Source: a virus
IMG/VR virus record: IMGVR_UViG_3300011982_000002
Coordinates: 1-7,117 of that record
Length of the DNA: 7,117 nucleotides
Strand: one strand, 5' to 3'
The notes under the pieces were generated by a model that saw nothing but the letters and a program-made list of their open reading frames with translations, was not told the origin of the DNA and did no database searches. Positions 4,896-7,117 of this stretch are shown here, piece after piece (the stretch's first letter is position 1; each line of letters opens with the position of its first letter). Position numbers and translations under genes: made by a program.

Positions 4896-5348
4896 ATGTC
4901 ATTTTTTTATTATATTTGCAGAAAAATAATTGTTATTATGGTAGATTTCAATATTTCTAAACATTTTACTTATCTTGAGATGTGTTTTACTCGTACATCT
5001 TTTGATAATCTGTGTGTAAACCCTTTTTATATTACAAATCTTGTTCGTTTGTGTGATGTTCTTGAGATTATTCGTGACGCTGTAGGTAAACCTATTCATG
5101 TAAATTCTGCTTATCGTTCAATTCGTGTCAATCATGCTGTTGGCGGTGTTCTTACTTCTGATCATCTTTATGGTTTTGCTGCAGATATTTATGTTGATAA
5201 TATGTCTTCTTTGGATTTGTTTAATTTGATTAAGTCTGTTCATACTAAGGTTGGTATTGATTTTGGTCAGGTTATAAGATATAAAACTTTTGTTCATGTG
5301 TCTATCAATGTTGAAAGACATAAGAATGAATTTTTTGAGAAATTATAG
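4896..5348 (+). CDS. Zinc D-Ala-D-Ala carboxypeptidase-like peptidase, M15 family (Peptidase_M15_3-like); probable endolysin
   Basis: Motifs: ISKHFTYLE near the N-terminus, SAYRSIRVNHAVGG, an H-x6-D zinc-ligand motif SDHLYGFAAD (5163..5186), and a C-terminal FVHVS with His at 5295..5297. Stop is TAG 5346..5348. ATG 4938 (MVDFNISKHF..., 136 aa) is an equally plausible start. Confidence 0.85.
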   Translation: MSFFYYICRKIIVIMVDFNISKHFTYLEMCFTRTSFDNLCVNPFYITNLVRLCDVLEIIRDAVGKPIHVNSAYRSIRVNHAVGGVLTSDHLYGFAADIYVDNMSSLDLFNLIKSVHTKVGIDFGQVIRYKTFVHVSINVERHKNEFFEKL

Positions 5349-5371
5349 TTGTTTATAAATATTGTTTTATA

Positions 5372-7117
5372 GTGCATCCTCTTGTTGAATTAGTAAAGGA
5401 AAAAGAAGTATTATTGCCTTGTGAAGATCCTGTGATTGTTGAAAACAATGGTAGGAAATATGCTGTTCCTTGTGGTAAATGTATGCTCTGTCTGGAGCGA
5501 AAGGCCAATATCTGGCGCACTCGTTTACGCCAGGAATGTAAGGATAATAAATATTGTATTTTCTTTACGCTTACTTACGATAATTTACATGTTCCATTTT
5601 TTAGACCTGCTGAAGACGCTGACTGTTATATACTCGATGATGCGCAAGGATATAGATTTCAAGGCGATGATGAAACTTCTTATTCGAAAAGATTGTCTGT
5701 TCGTGGTTCGCTTTGTCGCGTTTATACACCTCGTGTCACCAATTTTGACGTTTGTAATTCTTTTGCTGTTGTATCTCGTGTTGATGTTCAAAAGTTCATG
5801 AAGCGTTTTCGCTGGCATTTACAAAATTTATTGACTTGTCATTATAAATTGAAGTTTTATGATAAGTTGTTTTCTTTCACTTATAGTTTAGGTTATGACG
5901 GTAAGGTTCCGTTTGCTGAATGGTTAAGTGATTTGGATGATGAAAGTTATGATTTGTATTATCAGATTTATAAATATTATTTATTGAAGTATGAAAAGGA
6001 AAAGAAACAAGCTAAACAAGTTACGCGCTACTTCATCTGCAGCGAGTACACCCCTACTACATTTAGACCTCACTACCATGGTTTGTTTTGGTTTGACAAT
6101 GAAAAGGCGTACAAATTTGCCTTTCGGTGTATATACAAGGCTTGGCAGATGTGTGATAAAAGGAATATCGACGTTCAACCTGTCACAGGTGGAGACGCTT
6201 ACTCCTATGTATCGAAATATGTTACTGGCAATCTTAATCTGCCAGAAGTTTTACGCGTTAAATCTACCCGCACATTCAGTCTGGCTTCTAAAAACCCAGC
6301 TATCGGCTATAAGTCGTATGATGCGGACAAAGTACAAGGATTGTTCAACCGACAGAATATATTCAGATGTGATGTCACAGTTACACGGGACGGCCAACAG
6401 TCTTTTGTTTCCGTTGTTCCCCCGTGTGTTGTATCTCGATATTTCCCAAAGTGTTACCGCTATGGCACGTTATCTGATATGGATAAATTACGTGTATATA
6501 CGCGATTTATCAAGCTTTCAAGAGTCAATGGAGTTGAGAGAGTAGACGTTGATGCTTCCTTGGCATGTCTGAAATGGTATAAAGATAATACGTTGCTTTA
6601 TTCCAAGCGTGCAGAAGATGAACTCGGAGATAGTTATAATGCTGAACAGTCCTGGTTTCATTCTGCGGATGTCAATGCGGCCCGTGCGTGTTTGAATTGG
6701 TGTATTAGGTATAATTGTCACCCCTCGCATTATATGTGCATGCTGGATTGGTTTTGGAAAGAATATGCGATGTACAATCTTTATCAGCAGTATCATTTTG
6801 TGGATAAGCTTTCGCGTATTTTTGTTTGGAAAGGTGATGAAGTCTATAAAGAAAATTGTGATGTCAAGTTGTTTGATGTTCAGATGTGTCTTGACCCCGT
6901 TTTTTTACGTGAATTGCCTTTATATCTTGATGATGCAGTTTTGGATGATGATATTTGTTCGATTGTCGAGAGTTATGGAATGGATATATCTTCGTTCTAT
7001 GATATTCACGGTATGTTGTCTGAGGATGTCGTGCGTCAATTCTATGAGTATAATATGAAGCATTTTACGGATTATCGAAGTCGTGCTTATGATAATTTGA
7101 AGCTTGCTAACAAGTCA
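5372..7117 (+). CDS. VP4: Rolling-circle replication initiator (Microviridae VP4 / gpA-like HUH endonuclease), truncated by linearisation and continuing at 1..138
   Basis: I translated this frame codon by codon. It is open from 5339 to 7117 with no stop and is absent from the ORF track. Motifs: PCEDP...VPCGKCMLCLERK, motif I FFTLTYD (5561..5581), HUH motif HYH in RPHYHGLFWF (6071..6079), and a double-tyrosine motif YVSKY (6206..6220) like phiX174 gpA YVAKY. The start is GTG 5372 (594 aa in total) or TTG 5414 (580 aa, giving M-P-C-E-D-P). The first ATG is at 5483. Confidence 0.9.
   Translation, partial: MHPLVELVKEKEVLLPCEDPVIVENNGRKYAVPCGKCMLCLERKANIWRTRLRQECKDNKYCIFFTLTYDNLHVPFFRPAEDADCYILDDAQGYRFQGDDETSYSKRLSVRGSLCRVYTPRVTNFDVCNSFAVVSRVDVQKFMKRFRWHLQNLLTCHYKLKFYDKLFSFTYSLGYDGKVPFAEWLSDLDDESYDLYYQIYKYYLLKYEKEKKQAKQVTRYFICSEYTPTTFRPHYHGLFWFDNEKAYKFAFRCIYKAWQMCDKRNIDVQPVTGGDAYSYVSKYVTGNLNLPEVLRVKSTRTFSLASKNPAIGYKSYDADKVQGLFNRQNIFRCDVTVTRDGQQSFVSVVPPCVVSRYFPKCYRYGTLSDMDKLRVYTRFIKLSRVNGVERVDVDASLACLKWYKDNTLLYSKRAEDELGDSYNAEQSWFHSADVNAARACLNWCIRYNCHPSHYMCMLDWFWKEYAMYNLYQQYHFVDKLSRIFVWKGDEVYKENCDVKLFDVQMCLDPVFLRELPLYLDDAVLDDDICSIVESYGMDISSFYDIHGMLSEDVVRQFYEYNMKHFTDYRSRAYDNLKLANKS
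7019..7117. repeat. Terminal direct repeat, copy 2 (identical to 1..99)
   Basis: Exact 99-nt identity with the window start. Confidence 0.95.

Noticed and set aside
341-6796. All minus-strand ORFs in the track (341..619, 638..979, 1166..1429, 1826..2056, 2290..2544, 4899..5099, 5118..5321, 5585..5818, 5981..6178, 6518..6796)
   Set aside because: Each is antisense to a well-supported plus-strand gene. They are short and dominated by Arg/Lys/Asn/Ile/Thr, which reflects the A-rich complement. Microviruses transcribe a single strand.
5436-7058. Plus-strand track ORFs 5436..5801, 5991..6545 and 6765..7058
   Set aside because: All are out of frame with the uninterrupted Rep ORF that carries the HUH motifs. 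Their translations are Leu/Phe/Val/Cys-rich, as expected from off-frame reading of a T-rich strand.

Overview
The window is a complete circular genome of a Microviridae-type ssDNA phage. It was linearised with an exact 99-nt terminal overlap (1..99 = 7019..7117), so the unit length is 7018 nt. All credible genes lie on the + strand, which is strongly T-rich; the minus-strand ORFs in the track look like compositional artefacts. The recognisable core has three genes. These are the major capsid protein VP1/F (161..2260), the pilot/minor capsid protein VP2 (2719..3699), and an HUH rolling-circle replication initiator VP4. VP4 runs from about 5372 to 7117 and continues at 1..138. The supplied ORF track misses it because it runs off the window end without a stop. 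Accessory content includes an M15-family zinc peptidase (endolysin-like, 4896..5348), a 28-aa transmembrane micro-ORF (3737..3823) and an acidic protein with an (EPAPT)n tail. There is also a two-gene cassette (4070..4505) lying between two strong intrinsic terminators. The least explained element is a roughly 240-nt GC-rich, hairpin-dense, apparently non-coding island (4559..4800). It sits between the second terminator and the peptidase gene and is followed at once by a phiX174-ori-like CTTGATA motif in a hairpin loop. Genome and protein sizes, plus TAnnTTTG motifs, suggest a large Bacteroidetes-associated (Alpavirinae-like) microvirus. That placement is inference only. No integrase, tRNA or CRISPR array was seen.
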